Source of the DNA: Eubacteriales bacterium
GTDB taxonomy: Bacteria > Bacillota > Clostridia > Oscillospirales > CAG-272
Length of the DNA: 64,000 bases
Assembly: GCA_045656745.1 (NCBI GenBank)
Contig: JAZORT010000022.1
Location: forward strand, 13,784 to 77,783
Direction: 5' to 3'
Below, piece after piece: positions 36,509 through 47,283 of the stretch; the stretch's first letter is position 1; each line of letters begins with the position of its first letter. The translations under genes were made by a program, and so were the position numbers. The notes below the pieces were generated by a model. It made no database searches, was not told the DNA's origin, and was given only the letters and a program-made list of their open reading frames with translations.

Positions 36509-37405
36509 ATGAATATTTTTGAAAAAAAGACACCTAGGGACAAATTTCTCTACTTTCTTTTCTTAAATCTCGGAATTTTGTTTATGGCCGTGGGCATCTA
36601 TTTCTTCAAGGTGCCAAACAACTTCGCAACCGGCGGCGTCAGCGGTATTTCTATTATTCTTGCAAACATTTTCCCCGTATTTACACAGTCGATTTATATG
36701 CTTATTATCAATGCGCTCCTGCTCGTTGTTGGCGCATTAATTCTCGGCAAAGAGTGTGGTGCTTTAACCGTCTACTGCTCTCTTATGCTCTCGCTTGAGA
36801 ACTCGCTTTTCGAGTTTTTAATTCCCCTTAACGCCCCACTGACCTCTTACCCCATTCTCGAGCTTGTTTACGCCGTTCTTCTTACGGGTGTGGGCTCGGC
36901 AATGATATTCAAGTGCAAGGCATCGTCGGGAGGAACCGACATTGCAGCGCTTATCCTCAAAAAATATACGAATATGAACGTTGGTACCGCGCTCCTTTGC
37001 ACCGATTTTCTTATCGCAGCGGCAACCTTCTTTAAATTCGACGGCGGGTCGGTTTCCCTCGCTCCCGAAACAGCCCTCTTCTCTCTGCTCGGTCTTTTTG
37101 CCAAGGTGTTCGTCGTTGACGATATAATCGACTCAATAAACCTTTGCAAATCATTTACAATCATTACCACAGAACCAAAGCTTATTAACGAATACATAAT
37201 CAAAACCATAAAGCACGGCGCAACCTCATTCCCCGCAGAGGGCATTTATACCGGAGCAAAAAAGACGGTTATCATCACCGTTTGCCGCCGATCCGAGGCT
37301 ATAAAGCTTCGTCATTTTGTTGAAAGCGTTGACCCCCACGCATTCATTATCATTACTAAAACCAGCGAAATTATGGGCAAGGGATTCAGGGACAATATTG
37401 CCTAA
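36509..37405 (+). CDS. YitT-family membrane protein (DUF2179 C-terminal domain)
   Basis: GGGAGG RBS then ATG 36509. GGVSGISIIL and SGGTDIAALI are typical of the family. Confidence 0.75.
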   Translation: MNIFEKKTPRDKFLYFLFLNLGILFMAVGIYFFKVPNNFATGGVSGISIILANIFPVFTQSIYMLIINALLLVVGALILGKECGALTVYCSLMLSLENSLFEFLIPLNAPLTSYPILELVYAVLLTGVGSAMIFKCKASSGGTDIAALILKKYTNMNVGTALLCTDFLIAAATFFKFDGGSVSLAPETALFSLLGLFAKVFVVDDIIDSINLCKSFTIITTEPKLINEYIIKTIKHGATSFPAEGIYTGAKKTVIITVCRRSEAIKLRHFVESVDPHAFIIITKTSEIMGKGFRDNIA

Positions 37406-37430
37406 AACTAAAAAAGAAAAACGGCAGAAG

Positions 37431-37459
37431 TTAAGAAAACTCTTGTTCTGCCGTTTTTT
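37431..37459. terminator. bidirectional terminator
   Basis: ACGGCAGAA-N6-TTCTGCCGT followed by TTTTT. Confidence 0.65.
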
Positions 37460-37471
37460 ATATGCCGTTTT

Positions 37472-38746
37472 TTACTTCAAATAATGCTCAACCGCGGCAA
37501 GTCTTACAGTAAGCGCAAGAATTGCGGTAGCAGTTTTAAGCTCCTCGTCAGAGGGATAGGTGGGCGCAATTCTAAGGTTTTCGTCCATAGGGTCAACGCC
37601 ATAGGGGAAGGTTGCGCCAACGGGAGTAAGAACGACGCCCGCTGCGTTCATAAGCTGATATACTCTCTTTGCGGTTCCGGGAATAACATTAAGCGAAACA
37701 AAGTATCCGCCCTTAGGCTCGGTCCACTGTGCAATTCCATAGCCGCGGATAGAGTCGAGAGCTTTAAGGGTTATCTCGAACTTCTTACCGATAAATTCCG
37801 CAAGCTTCATCATATGCTTGTGCACTGCGGCAGCATTTTCAAAATAGGCGGTGTGGCGAAGCTGATTAAGCTTATCGTAGCCTATGGTCTGCACACCGAG
37901 GAACTGAGAAATCTGCTTTAAGTTATCGGGAGATGCGGCAAGCATTGCAACACCGCCGCCGGGGAAAGTAATCTTCGAGGTTGAGGTAAAGTAGAATATT
38001 CTGTCGAGGTTGCCGTACTTCTCTGCCTCGGTGAATATATCAAGAAGGCTGTCGCCCTCTTCGCCAAGGTCGTGAACTGCGTAGGCGTTATCCCACATAA
38101 TTCTGAAATCGGGAGCGGCACACTTCATCGAAGCAAGACGGCGTACGGTCTCGTCGGAATAGGTGTTGCCCGAGGGATTGGAATACTTTGGAACGCACCA
38201 GATACCCTTAACAGTGGGGTCAAGAACAAGGCGCTCTACCTCGTCCATATCAGGTCCGCTCTCGGTCATCTTAACACTAAGAAGCTCGAAGCCGAAAAGC
38301 TCGGTCATCTTAAAGTGTCTGTCATAGCCCGGGGTTACACAGATCCACTTTCTTTTCTCTTCCTTGCACCAGGGGCGCTCAGAGCCGAGAACACCGAAAA
38401 TCATTGCGCGGGCAAGGGTGTCATACATAAGCTGGAGCGAGGAGTTTCCGCCAACGGTGATATACTCGGTCTTAATGCCGAGCATTTCGGAGAACAAACG
38501 CTTCATCTCGGGAATACCATCAAGGACGCCGTAGTTACGGCAGTCTACGCCATTCTCGGAAAAGCACTTTTCTCTCGGTCTTGCCTCCGAAAGGAGAGGA
38601 AGGCTGATGTCAAGCTGGTCGGAGTTGGGCTTTCCTCTGGACAAATCAAGCTTTAAACCCTTTGCCTTATATGCTTCATATTCTTTAACGAGGGCTTCTT
38701 TTTCCGAAAGAAGCTCTTCTTTTGTAAATTCGCTGTACTTTTTCAT
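37472..38746 (-). CDS. class I/II PLP-dependent aminotransferase
   Basis: 424 aa. The patterns are LSRGKP..DQLD, SNPSG and TSTSKITFPGGG (Lys for PLP). Confidence 0.7.
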   Translation of the reverse strand: MKKYSEFTKEELLSEKEALVKEYEAYKAKGLKLDLSRGKPNSDQLDISLPLLSEARPREKCFSENGVDCRNYGVLDGIPEMKRLFSEMLGIKTEYITVGGNSSLQLMYDTLARAMIFGVLGSERPWCKEEKRKWICVTPGYDRHFKMTELFGFELLSVKMTESGPDMDEVERLVLDPTVKGIWCVPKYSNPSGNTYSDETVRRLASMKCAAPDFRIMWDNAYAVHDLGEEGDSLLDIFTEAEKYGNLDRIFYFTSTSKITFPGGGVAMLAASPDNLKQISQFLGVQTIGYDKLNQLRHTAYFENAAAVHKHMMKLAEFIGKKFEITLKALDSIRGYGIAQWTEPKGGYFVSLNVIPGTAKRVYQLMNAAGVVLTPVGATFPYGVDPMDENLRIAPTYPSDEELKTATAILALTVRLAAVEHYLK

Positions 38747-38960
38747 TTTCTTTCCTTCTGAATTTCATTTTTGAATTATTTTAATCAAAAAAATTCGTTT
38801 TTTATTTCAAAATCCACTATATTATAGTATATTATGAAGTTTTTTTCAAGTGATTTTGCAAATTTTATCAAAAAACTTTCAATTTTTTTTAAAAAAATCC
38901 AAACAAGCGCAAAAAGCCCGAGATTTTTAAAAACTTTTTCTTTCCCCGCCCTAAAATCAC

Positions 38961-38989
38961 TTGACAAAGCGAGCATTTTGTTATATAAT
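38961..38989 (+). promoter_or_regulatory. consensus sigma-A promoter of proS
   Basis: TTGACA (38961-38966), 17-nt spacer, TATAAT (38984-38989). The leader is only about 40 nt. Confidence 0.65.
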
Positions 38990-39031
38990 TTATGCTGATG
39001 TATTATATATTGAAAGGACATTCACTGTTTT

Positions 39032-40483
39032 ATGTCAGCTAACAATCAGAAAGACAAAAAACTCGTTTCGGAAATTACCGCGATGGACGAGGACTTCGCA
39101 AAGTGGTATACCGATATTGTTAAAAAAGCCGATCTTATCGACTATTCCAGCGTTAAGGGTTGTATGATAATCCGCCCTTACGGTTACGCTATTTGGGAAA
39201 ATATACAGAAGATTCTTGATGCAAAATTCAAGGCAACCGGCGTTGAAAACGTTTATATGCCTATGTTTATTCCCGAGTCTCTTCTCAAGAAGGAGAAGGA
39301 CCATGTTGAGGGCTTTGCTCCCGAGGTTGCCTGGGTTACCCACGGCGGTGACGAAAAGCTTGCAGAGCGTCTTTGCGTTCGTCCCACCTCCGAAACTCTC
39401 TTCTGCGAGCATTACGCTAATATTATAAAGTCTTACAGAGACCTTCCCAAGGTATATAACCAGTGGTGCTCTGTCGTTCGTTGGGAAAAGACTACCCGTC
39501 CCTTCCTTCGCTCCCGTGAGTTCCTCTGGCAGGAGGGTCACACTATGCACAGAACGGCTGAGGAAGCAGAGGAAAGAACCGTTCAGATGCTTAATGTTTA
39601 CGCAGACTTCTTCGAGAAGGACCTTGGTATTCCCGTAATCAAGGGCCAAAAGACCGATAAGGAAAAGTTTGCAGGTGCTGAGGCTACCTACACCGTTGAG
39701 GCGCTTATGCACGACGGTAAGGCTCTTCAAGGCGGTACATCCCATAACTTCGGCAACGGCTTTGCAAAGGCGTTTAACATTCAGTTCCTTGACAGCGACA
39801 ATCAGCTTAAATATGCATACGAAACCTCTTGGGGCGTTTCAACCCGTATTATCGGCGGTATCATTATGACCCACGGTGACGATTCGGGTCTTGTTCTTCC
39901 CCCCTCTGTTGCGCCTATTCAGGTTGTTGTTGTACCCGTACAGCAGCACAAGGAGGGCGTTCTTGACGCAGCTTACGCATTGAGAGACCGCCTTACCGCA
40001 GCAGGTTACAGAGTAAAGGTTGACGATTCCGACCAGTCTCCCGGATGGAAGTTTGCCGAGTATGAGATGAAGGGTGTTCCCCTCCGTATCGAAATCGGTC
40101 CTCGCGACCTTGCTGAGAACAAGTGTGTTATTGTCCGCCGCGACAACAGAGAAAAGAGCTTTGTTTCTCTTGACGAGCTTGAGTGCGCGGTACAGAAGGG
40201 TCTTGACGACCTTATCAAGGCACTTTACGAAAAGGCTCTTGAAAACAGAGAAACAAGAACTTATACTGCGGCAGACCTTGACGAGCTTACCGCTATCGCA
40301 AACGAGAAGAACGGCTACATTAAGGCAATGTGGTGCGGTGACCTTGAGTGCGAGCTTAAGCTTAAAGAGGTTGCGGATGTAAGCTCACGTTGTATGCCCT
40401 TTGGCAAGGAGCCTATCGGCGACAAGTGCGTTTGCTGCGGCAGAGAGGCTAAAAAGCTTGTTTACTGGGGCAAGGCGTACTAA
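39032..40483 (+). CDS. proS: proline--tRNA ligase (archaeal/eukaryal-like short type)
   Basis: 483 aa. It contains [33 protein letters not shown], class II motifs, and a C-terminal Cys cluster ending in WGKAY. Confidence 0.9.
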   Translation: MSANNQKDKKLVSEITAMDEDFAKWYTDIVKKADLIDYSSVKGCMIIRPYGYAIWENIQKILDAKFKATGVENVYMPMFIPESLLKKEKDHVEGFAPEVAWVTHGGDEKLAERLCVRPTSETLFCEHYANIIKSYRDLPKVYNQWCSVVRWEKTTRPFLRSREFLWQEGHTMHRTAEEAEERTVQMLNVYADFFEKDLGIPVIKGQKTDKEKFAGAEATYTVEALMHDGKALQGGTSHNFGNGFAKAFNIQFLDSDNQLKYAYETSWGVSTRIIGGIIMTHGDDSGLVLPPSVAPIQVVVVPVQQHKEGVLDAAYALRDRLTAAGYRVKVDDSDQSPGWKFAEYEMKGVPLRIEIGPRDLAENKCVIVRRDNREKSFVSLDELECAVQKGLDDLIKALYEKALENRETRTYTAADLDELTAIANEKNGYIKAMWCGDLECELKLKEVADVSSRCMPFGKEPIGDKCVCCGREAKKLVYWGKAY

Positions 40484-40530
40484 TCTAACTTAACTTTTTT
40501 TGAATTTTTGCGGAAGGAGGGTGTGTCATT

Positions 40531-41388
40531 ATGTTATACGATCCCGGTGAAACAACCAGCTTTAGAGCCAGTGACGGCAATATGGTCAAAATCGAATATT
40601 ATAAAGAGCTTCCCTCTACCTCCGATCTTGCCAAGAATTATGCCGAGGCGGGAAAGCCCGACAGATATGTTGTTTTTGCTGAGAAACAGTTCTGCTCTTC
40701 TATAACCGGCTCTAAGGAGTCCTTTGCCAGCTTTGAGAGCGGTATATTTATGTCGATCATTCTCCGTCCCTCATTCTTCCCTTCTCAGGCAGGTCTGCTC
40801 GCTCCCCTTGCGGCAACGGCTCTCTTAGGCGCATTTGAGGAGCATACAACAAAGACGGCGGGAATTGGCTGGGTTTCTTCTATTATACACAACGGCAAAA
40901 AAATCGGCGGTGTCACCATTGAAGGAAAGCTTAACGACTTTTCCTCCTACGAATATATGATAGTTTCATTTGGTCTGCGTCTTGACAAGAATGTTTTTTC
41001 TCCAAGACTTACCGACCTTATTCGCAAGGTGTTTGATGACGAAAACCCCTCGGTCTCTATGCTTGTTGCAAGAACGGTGCTTAATAAATTCTTCACCGTT
41101 TATATAGATATTAAAAACCCCGCAAAGCACATGGACCACTACAAGCAAAAGTTCTGTTATTACGGCAAAAAGGTCAAGTATTTTTCAAACGGAAAGAAGC
41201 ACAGCGGTAGAATTACCGAGGTTGATAAAACAAACTGCACTCTGACCATCGTCGGCTCTGACGGAAAAAGCTTTAAGGTTACTTCTCCCTCATCGATTAT
41301 TATCCCGCAAAAGAACAGTCTTTTCGACTATTTAAACCGCTCCTTTGGCTCAAAAAAAGAAAAAAAGACTGCACAAAAAATTACATAA
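40531..41388 (+). CDS. biotin-protein-ligase-like (BirA family) protein, divergent active-site motifs
   Basis: The BPL fold pattern is present (STSDLAK..., IFMSIILRP, KKIGGVTIEG). The GRGRxGR loop and KWPND motif are not recognisable. Confidence 0.5.
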   Translation: MLYDPGETTSFRASDGNMVKIEYYKELPSTSDLAKNYAEAGKPDRYVVFAEKQFCSSITGSKESFASFESGIFMSIILRPSFFPSQAGLLAPLAATALLGAFEEHTTKTAGIGWVSSIIHNGKKIGGVTIEGKLNDFSSYEYMIVSFGLRLDKNVFSPRLTDLIRKVFDDENPSVSMLVARTVLNKFFTVYIDIKNPAKHMDHYKQKFCYYGKKVKYFSNGKKHSGRITEVDKTNCTLTIVGSDGKSFKVTSPSSIIIPQKNSLFDYLNRSFGSKKEKKTAQKIT

Positions 41389-41513
41389 AAACAAAAAAAG
41401 AGGTTAGCTCGTTACAATGAGTTTTCCTCTTTTTTTCTACATATATATTATATACAGGCTTTCGGTGCTGTTTTGCATACAGACTTATTCAAACAGAGCA
41501 CAAAAACTTATGT

Positions 41514-41551
41514 TAAAAACGGTCGGGAAAAATCCCGACCGTTTCATTTTT
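41514..41551. terminator. bidirectional terminator
   Basis: ACGGTCGGGA-N4-TCCCGACCGT is flanked by an A-run and a T-run. Confidence 0.7.
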
Positions 41552-41576
41552 ATTTAGCTGAAATTAAGCCTTGAAA

Positions 41577-44500
41577 TTATTCTTCTTCGGTGTCAGCAAC
41601 AACCGCCTTAGTATCGGTTGCGGGGCAATTATCGCACTTCGCAGTCTCGGTGCCAAGATAACCCTCGGTTGCATTATCGTCGAATACATAATTAGTGAAG
41701 CTGTGGTCGAGCATAGAATCCTCTACCTCTTCAACCTTGGTTGCCTCACAGTTTACACAAGTGTAGGTCTTGATTTCGTTAGTGGTGCAGGTTGCGGGAG
41801 TAACCTCAGGCTCGCCCCATTCGGTAGCGTGCTCAAGCTTTGTACCCTCGTTGATATCCTTCTTAACTGCACCGCAGGTCATAGCAACGGGGTTGCCCTC
41901 TTCATCAACGCCGGTATACTCTACGCAGCAGGTGTAAAGGGTGTAGCCGTCAGCAAGACAAGTGGGATCAACCACAACGGGATTCTGGTAATCGTGAGCG
42001 TTAGCGTCGATGTTCTCAACTCTCTTCTCTACTCTGGAGTTTTCGGTCTCAAGGAGAGTGGAGCAAAGGTCACCGAAGATACAAGTGCGCTGGCTCTCAC
42101 CGGTAGTCTGGCAGGTAGGAGCAACAGTCAATTCCCATTCACCGTAAACGTGGTTACATCTCTTAGCAACATACTCGCCGTCACGAATTGCAAAGTCACC
42201 CGAGTAGAACAACTGGATGCCGGTGCTGTCGAAATCAGCAGAGGTGTTAGCCCAAGAGGACTTAGAGTTGTTGATATATATTCTCTTGAGCTCGCAGTCA
42301 TCAAATGCGTTAGCATCGATGTACTGAACAGTGTTAGCAAGGAATACATATTCGATCTTATCGCAACGTGAAAGAGCGCCGCCGGCAATAACAGCAATGT
42401 TAGTAGTTGTTACGAACAACTGAGTATTTCTACGAGCAGGGTCAACCTTTACAAGGATACCGTCGAGAATAAGGAGACCGTTCTGGTAAGCATCGATAGC
42501 ATTAAGGAGACCGGTACCCTCGAGAGCCGACTCGGGAAGATACTTGATCTTGTTGTGAAGCTTAATTTTTTCGATACCTGCGTAGCCGGATACCATATTA
42601 GTACCAAGAGAGGTTATGTTTCCTGCAATAGTAAGAGAAGTAATGCTATCCTTTGCGGGATACCAAGGAGCATCGCTGGGAAGCACGAAGTTAGTCATTG
42701 TGCTGTCACCGCCGATGTAGAGATTGCCCTTATTGAAGGTCCAAGCAATCTTAGGAGTCTCAACAAGAGACTTTTCAGCATCGAGTGCGAACCAGAATGC
42801 ACCCTCAGCGTCGGTAGCTTCCTCAGCCTTAGCAAACACCTTAGCGTTACCAAGTCTAAGCTCGCTTATATAGTTGCCGCCATCATAATCAAATGCAGTG
42901 AAATCTGCACCCTCGTAATAGATGGAGTAAAGGTTTGTACAGTTGGAGAATGCGGTAGAATCGATAGAAACTACGGATGCGGGAATAACTACCTCGCTAG
43001 CGCCGGTACCGGAGAATACGTAGCTACCGATGTGCTTAACGCCGTCCTCGATAACGATAGACTTAACATCGCCTACTCTCTTAAGAGATCCGTACCAAAC
43101 ACTACCGGTTGCGCTTGCGCTGACAACGTCCCACATAACGCCCTTATCTTCGCCGGTGTATTCCTCGTTTACATAAACGGTAAGTGCGCCGGTAGCAGTT
43201 GTGAGCTTCCACTCTACACCGCCGCCGAGAACGCCGTTTCTAACGCCGTCCTTCTCGTTTGCACGAACACAGGTAACGTCCTTATCGTCCTCAAGAATAG
43301 TGCCAACATCAAATGCTGCGCCGCCTGCGGAGAAGCTTACGAAGCCGTATCCGTCAGGGTGCATGAGGTTTCTCTGGAACTCCATGTTAGCTTCGGAAAC
43401 AACACCCTCGAAGATGGGGTTGCCGTCTTCGTCGGTTACCTGCTCACCGGTCTCGGAATCAATCTTAGGAAGGATAGAAACATAGTCTTCTGCGATAGGA
43501 ATAAGGTTACCGGAAATCTTGTACTTGATTGCGTAGCTGTACTGTGCGGGGAACATTACTCCGTCACTTTCAACTAAGTACCAAGCAAGCTTATCAAGAG
43601 CAACTACGGTATCTTCATTCTTCTCTATGTAAGAATAAATGGAAGGAATCTGGTTGAACCACTCGTTGTCGATTGCAACCTTAACATTCTTATGGAAGTC
43701 CTCGGAGGAGCCCATGTAGTAAACCTTAGCAAGAGCGTGGGTTGCGTTAGATGAGCCGGTTCCGCCGGGATGGAATGCACCGTTAGCAACGGTGGTAAGA
43801 GATGCGGGAACAACGATAGACTTGATCTTGTTAGAAGCGTAGAATGCACGCTCTGCAATAACCTTAAGACCGTCGTTAAGAATTACCTGACGAAGCTGAG
43901 TGCCTGCGAAAGCATTAGCGCCGATGGTGGTAACATTCTCAGGAAGTCTAAGGATCTTGAAGGACTTACTGTCAGTCTCGTAGAATGCATAGCTTCCGAT
44001 CTCGGTAAGACCCTCGGAGAACTCAAAGTTCTTGAGAGAAGAGAGCTTAGCAAATGCGTTCTGACCGATATAAGTGATAGCATCGTCCATTACAACATCG
44101 GTAATATCATCCTTGTATGCAAACCAAGGAACATCAATTTCACTTCTGTTAGCGAAGTCGAACATCTTACCGCTACCAACAAGGTTAAGAACTACGGAAA
44201 CCTTAGACTTCTGAGTAGTAGCGTCGGTGCCGTCACCCAAAGCGTTCAATACTGCGTAAAGAACGATGTCCTCAGCGGGAGCTGCGGTAAAGTCATACGC
44301 CTCACCTGCGGGAGCCATATTGTCATAGTCCCAAGCGGTGTACCAAGCTGTTACACCGTAGCTGTCGTACTTGAGAGCATCCTTAGCAGCAACAAGCTCT
44401 TCGGTCCAGCCCTCTGCACCAACCTCAAGGAGTGCAAGAGCAACGTTAGTAGTAACATAACCGGACTTGCTTACTGTAACGAAGGTAACATAGTTTGCAC

Positions 44501-45125
44501 CCTCGGTACGCTCTTCGGGAGCGATTGCAGCGTCAGTCTGATAATTATATACGATATTCCAGTTGATGTCCTCACCTGCGATATCACCCTTATAACCGTA
44601 GAGGTTGATATCATCAAGGATTTCGCCGTCAAATGCGAAGGGATCGCCTACTGCCTTCTGGGGCTTAGACTTTCTGTCCCAACCGGTGCCGGTCTCTTCA
44701 TCCCACTCGGGATACCAAGACGCGAACTTGTAACCGTTGTAAGAAAGCTCATCCTTAGCGGCAAGAAGCGCATCAGACCAACCGTCGTTCTCATAAGGAA
44801 CGGTGATAGACTTAACGAGTACGCGCTCATTCTTGATCTGAGTTCTGTCATTCTCGTTAACTACCTGAGCGGTATAGCTGTAGTAGAAGTTAATTTTATA
44901 ACCGTCGATAGGTTCTTCGGGCTCTTCGGGAGTTACAGGAACATTAGAATCGTCCTTATCTCCAGAGGGCTTCTGGGTGTTGCCCTGGTCCCCACCGGGC
45001 GTCTGGTTAGTGCCCTGATCTGCTCCGGCGTCCTTGTCGTCGGAACTGTTGTTGCAGGCTGCGTATGAGAACATACAAGTTACCACAAGCATAACTGCAA
45101 GCAATACTTTAATCCAATTTTTCAT
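41577..45125 (-). CDS. large surface lipoprotein with Listeria-Bacteroides-type repeats, BspA-type LRRs and Cys-rich C-terminal repeats
   Basis: GAAGGAGA RBS then ATG 45125. The lipobox is FSYAAC. LRR_5-like units (ITYIGQNAFA, LTEIGSYAFY, VTTIGANAFA) are present. The C-terminal repeats are H.Y..W....PTC...G. Confidence 0.8.
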   Translation of the reverse strand: MKNWIKVLLAVMLVVTCMFSYAACNNSSDDKDAGADQGTNQTPGGDQGNTQKPSGDKDDSNVPVTPEEPEEPIDGYKINFYYSYTAQVVNENDRTQIKNERVLVKSITVPYENDGWSDALLAAKDELSYNGYKFASWYPEWDEETGTGWDRKSKPQKAVGDPFAFDGEILDDINLYGYKGDIAGEDINWNIVYNYQTDAAIAPEERTEGANYVTFVTVSKSGYVTTNVALALLEVGAEGWTEELVAAKDALKYDSYGVTAWYTAWDYDNMAPAGEAYDFTAAPAEDIVLYAVLNALGDGTDATTQKSKVSVVLNLVGSGKMFDFANRSEIDVPWFAYKDDITDVVMDDAITYIGQNAFAKLSSLKNFEFSEGLTEIGSYAFYETDSKSFKILRLPENVTTIGANAFAGTQLRQVILNDGLKVIAERAFYASNKIKSIVVPASLTTVANGAFHPGGTGSSNATHALAKVYYMGSSEDFHKNVKVAIDNEWFNQIPSIYSYIEKNEDTVVALDKLAWYLVESDGVMFPAQYSYAIKYKISGNLIPIAEDYVSILPKIDSETGEQVTDEDGNPIFEGVVSEANMEFQRNLMHPDGYGFVSFSAGGAAFDVGTILEDDKDVTCVRANEKDGVRNGVLGGGVEWKLTTATGALTVYVNEEYTGEDKGVMWDVVSASATGSVWYGSLKRVGDVKSIVIEDGVKHIGSYVFSGTGASEVVIPASVVSIDSTAFSNCTNLYSIYYEGADFTAFDYDGGNYISELRLGNAKVFAKAEEATDAEGAFWFALDAEKSLVETPKIAWTFNKGNLYIGGDSTMTNFVLPSDAPWYPAKDSITSLTIAGNITSLGTNMVSGYAGIEKIKLHNKIKYLPESALEGTGLLNAIDAYQNGLLILDGILVKVDPARRNTQLFVTTTNIAVIAGGALSRCDKIEYVFLANTVQYIDANAFDDCELKRIYINNSKSSWANTSADFDSTGIQLFYSGDFAIRDGEYVAKRCNHVYGEWELTVAPTCQTTGESQRTCIFGDLCSTLLETENSRVEKRVENIDANAHDYQNPVVVDPTCLADGYTLYTCCVEYTGVDEEGNPVAMTCGAVKKDINEGTKLEHATEWGEPEVTPATCTTNEIKTYTCVNCEATKVEEVEDSMLDHSFTNYVFDDNATEGYLGTETAKCDNCPATDTKAVVADTEEE

Positions 45126-45257
45126 TTTTCTCTCCTTCACGGGAATTTCCCTTTATATAAGGTAATATAATTTTAACATAAAAGTTAACAAATTTCAAGG
45201 ATTTAGAGTTAAATTTTGTCTTTTCTGCTTTTTGCACATTGAAAGGCGGTATTTTTT

Positions 45258-45902
45258 ATGCATATTCACAAAAGCCGACCCACTTTTTTGCCTATTTTGA
45301 TACTTGTCAGCAGATTTTTACCCGCATTTTTCTGGATTTTGATAATCTTTGGATTTGACGATTTTAATGTTGCGGCGCTAACACTCCTTTGCGTCGGTAT
45401 CCACGAGCTTGGCCACGGGGTGAGAATAAGGATAATTCAGGGCGCTCGAGCGGGGTTAAAAACAACACTTTCGGGCTTTCGAATGAGCAGGCAAAAGCAC
45501 ATATCCTACCTTGCTGATGCATCGGTATATTTGGCGGGTCCGATCTCAAATCTTCTTGCTATACCGATTTTCATTTCTCTGCCTTTTTTCTCCTATGAAA
45601 TAAAGAAGCTCTTTTTCGCCCTCAGCCTTGCGACCTCCCTCTCAAACCTGCTTCCCATAAAGGGATATGACGGCTATGGCATAATCTCTTCCCTCTCCTG
45701 CCACTTTGGCACAGAGGAGCGGGTTTTACCAATTCTTCGGCGCGTTTCTTTTGCGCTGATACTATTCCTTTGCCTTTTGAGCTTTTATATCGTCGCAAAA
45801 ATCGGCTCGTCTTATTGGATGGCGGGATTGTTCGTTATTTCTCTTATCAAAGAGATTGCCGAGAGCTTAAAAAACAATTTTCCGAGTTTTGAGGAGGTTT
45901 AG
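45258..45902 (+). CDS. small membrane zinc-metalloprotease-like protein (HExxH, M50-like)
   Basis: 214 aa with several TM helices. GIHELGHGV lies within a membrane segment. Confidence 0.5.
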   Translation: MHIHKSRPTFLPILILVSRFLPAFFWILIIFGFDDFNVAALTLLCVGIHELGHGVRIRIIQGARAGLKTTLSGFRMSRQKHISYLADASVYLAGPISNLLAIPIFISLPFFSYEIKKLFFALSLATSLSNLLPIKGYDGYGIISSLSCHFGTEERVLPILRRVSFALILFLCLLSFYIVAKIGSSYWMAGLFVISLIKEIAESLKNNFPSFEEV

Positions 45903-46018
45903 CGAGAAAAAAAGAGATTTCAAGAGGTTTTTTCATTTTTTCTCAAGAAAAACATAGCCAAACAGACCTAATCACGCCTAATTGCGAAAAAAAAAGAAAA
46001 GAATTTATCCCAAAACTA

Positions 46019-46047
46019 TTGCAAAACAAAAATGTTTTTGTTATAAT
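46019..46047 (+). promoter_or_regulatory. sigma-A promoter of pot operon
   Basis: TTGCAA (46019-46024), 17-nt spacer, TATAAT (46042-46047). Confidence 0.55.
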
Positions 46048-46127
46048 TAACGCTGTCGACAGATTTTCTGTATTTATGACAAATAAAGGCGGTAGTCCGT
46101 CTATGAAAGGACTTGAGATTTTATATA

Positions 46128-47246
46128 ATGGAAAAACTCATTGAGTTGAAAGGGATCTCCAAATCTTACGACGGAGAAAAGGTTATAGATTCGATGAACC
46201 TATACATCAGGGACGGAGAGTTTATTACGTTTCTCGGCCCCTCGGGTTGCGGTAAGACCACGACTCTCAGAATTATCGGCGGATTTGAAACGGCTGACGA
46301 AGGCAATCTTTACTTCGACGGCGCCGAAATAAGCGACGTTCCCGCTTATAAGCGCAATATTAACACCGTTTTCCAGAAATACGCCCTCTTCCCTCATCTT
46401 AATGTTTATGAGAATATTGCATTCCCTCTCAGGCTTAAAAAGCTTGATGAGGAAGAAATAAAAACGAGAGTGACCGAGATGCTTTCGATGATAAAGCTCT
46501 CCGGCTTTGAAAACAAGAGTGTAAGCACCCTCTCCGGAGGTCAGCAGCAGCGCGTTGCTATCGGCAGAGCGCTTATCTCCCACCCCAGAGTTCTTCTTTT
46601 GGACGAGCCTCTCGGCGCGCTTGACTTAAAGCTCCGCAAGGATATGCAGAACGAGCTTAAATCTATTCAGCAAGAGATAGGCATTACATTCATTTATGTA
46701 ACCCACGACCAGGAGGAGGCTCTCTCAATGTCGGATACCATTGTGGTTATTGCCGACGGTGAGATCCAGCAGATCGGTACTCCCACCGATATTTATAACG
46801 AGCCCAAGAATGCATTTGTTGCCGACTTTATCGGCGAGAGTAATATTGTTGACGGAACTATGCTTGAGGACAAGCGTGTTAAATTTTCTTCTCACGTTTT
46901 CGAGTGCGTTGACGGCGGTTTCGAGCCGGGCGAGGCAGTTGATGTTGTTGTCCGTCCCGAGGACGTTGACGTTGTTGAGCCTGAAAAGGGTATGCTTACC
47001 GGTAAGGTGACCGCAGTAACCTTCAAGGGCGTTCACTACGAGATAATCGTTGACATTAAGGGCTTTAAGTGGATGATTCAGTCCACCGATTACGTTGCTC
47101 CCGACGCCTTTATCGGTCTCTTTATCGAGCCTGAGGCAATACACGTTATGAAAAAGTCCAAATACTCGGGTATGTTCGGCGACTACTCCTCCTTCTCTGA
47201 CGAGATGGATTATATTTCCGACGCAGACGCAGTCGAAGAATTTTAA
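46128..47246 (+). CDS. potA: spermidine/putrescine ABC transporter ATP-binding protein
   Basis: [30 protein letters not shown] and a TOBE-like C-terminus. The start is taken at ATG 46128. Confidence 0.85.
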   Translation: MEKLIELKGISKSYDGEKVIDSMNLYIRDGEFITFLGPSGCGKTTTLRIIGGFETADEGNLYFDGAEISDVPAYKRNINTVFQKYALFPHLNVYENIAFPLRLKKLDEEEIKTRVTEMLSMIKLSGFENKSVSTLSGGQQQRVAIGRALISHPRVLLLDEPLGALDLKLRKDMQNELKSIQQEIGITFIYVTHDQEEALSMSDTIVVIADGEIQQIGTPTDIYNEPKNAFVADFIGESNIVDGTMLEDKRVKFSSHVFECVDGGFEPGEAVDVVVRPEDVDVVEPEKGMLTGKVTAVTFKGVHYEIIVDIKGFKWMIQSTDYVAPDAFIGLFIEPEAIHVMKKSKYSGMFGDYSSFSDEMDYISDADAVEEF

Positions 47247-47283
47247 AGAAAGTTTGCAGTCCATCTGCTAATATAAATGTAAA

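Noticed and set aside
38785-39031. T-box leader upstream of proS, and a 78-aa minus-strand ORF
   Set aside because: The consensus promoter leaves a leader of only about 40 nt, which is too short for a T-box. The ORF is AT-rich filler with no RBS.
39035-39745. 236-aa minus-strand ORF
   Set aside because: It is antisense to proS.
41571-45068. Three long plus-strand ORFs (266, 340 and 432 aa)
   Set aside because: All are antisense to the LRR lipoprotein gene. They are rich in V/L/C/S, have no motifs and no RBS.
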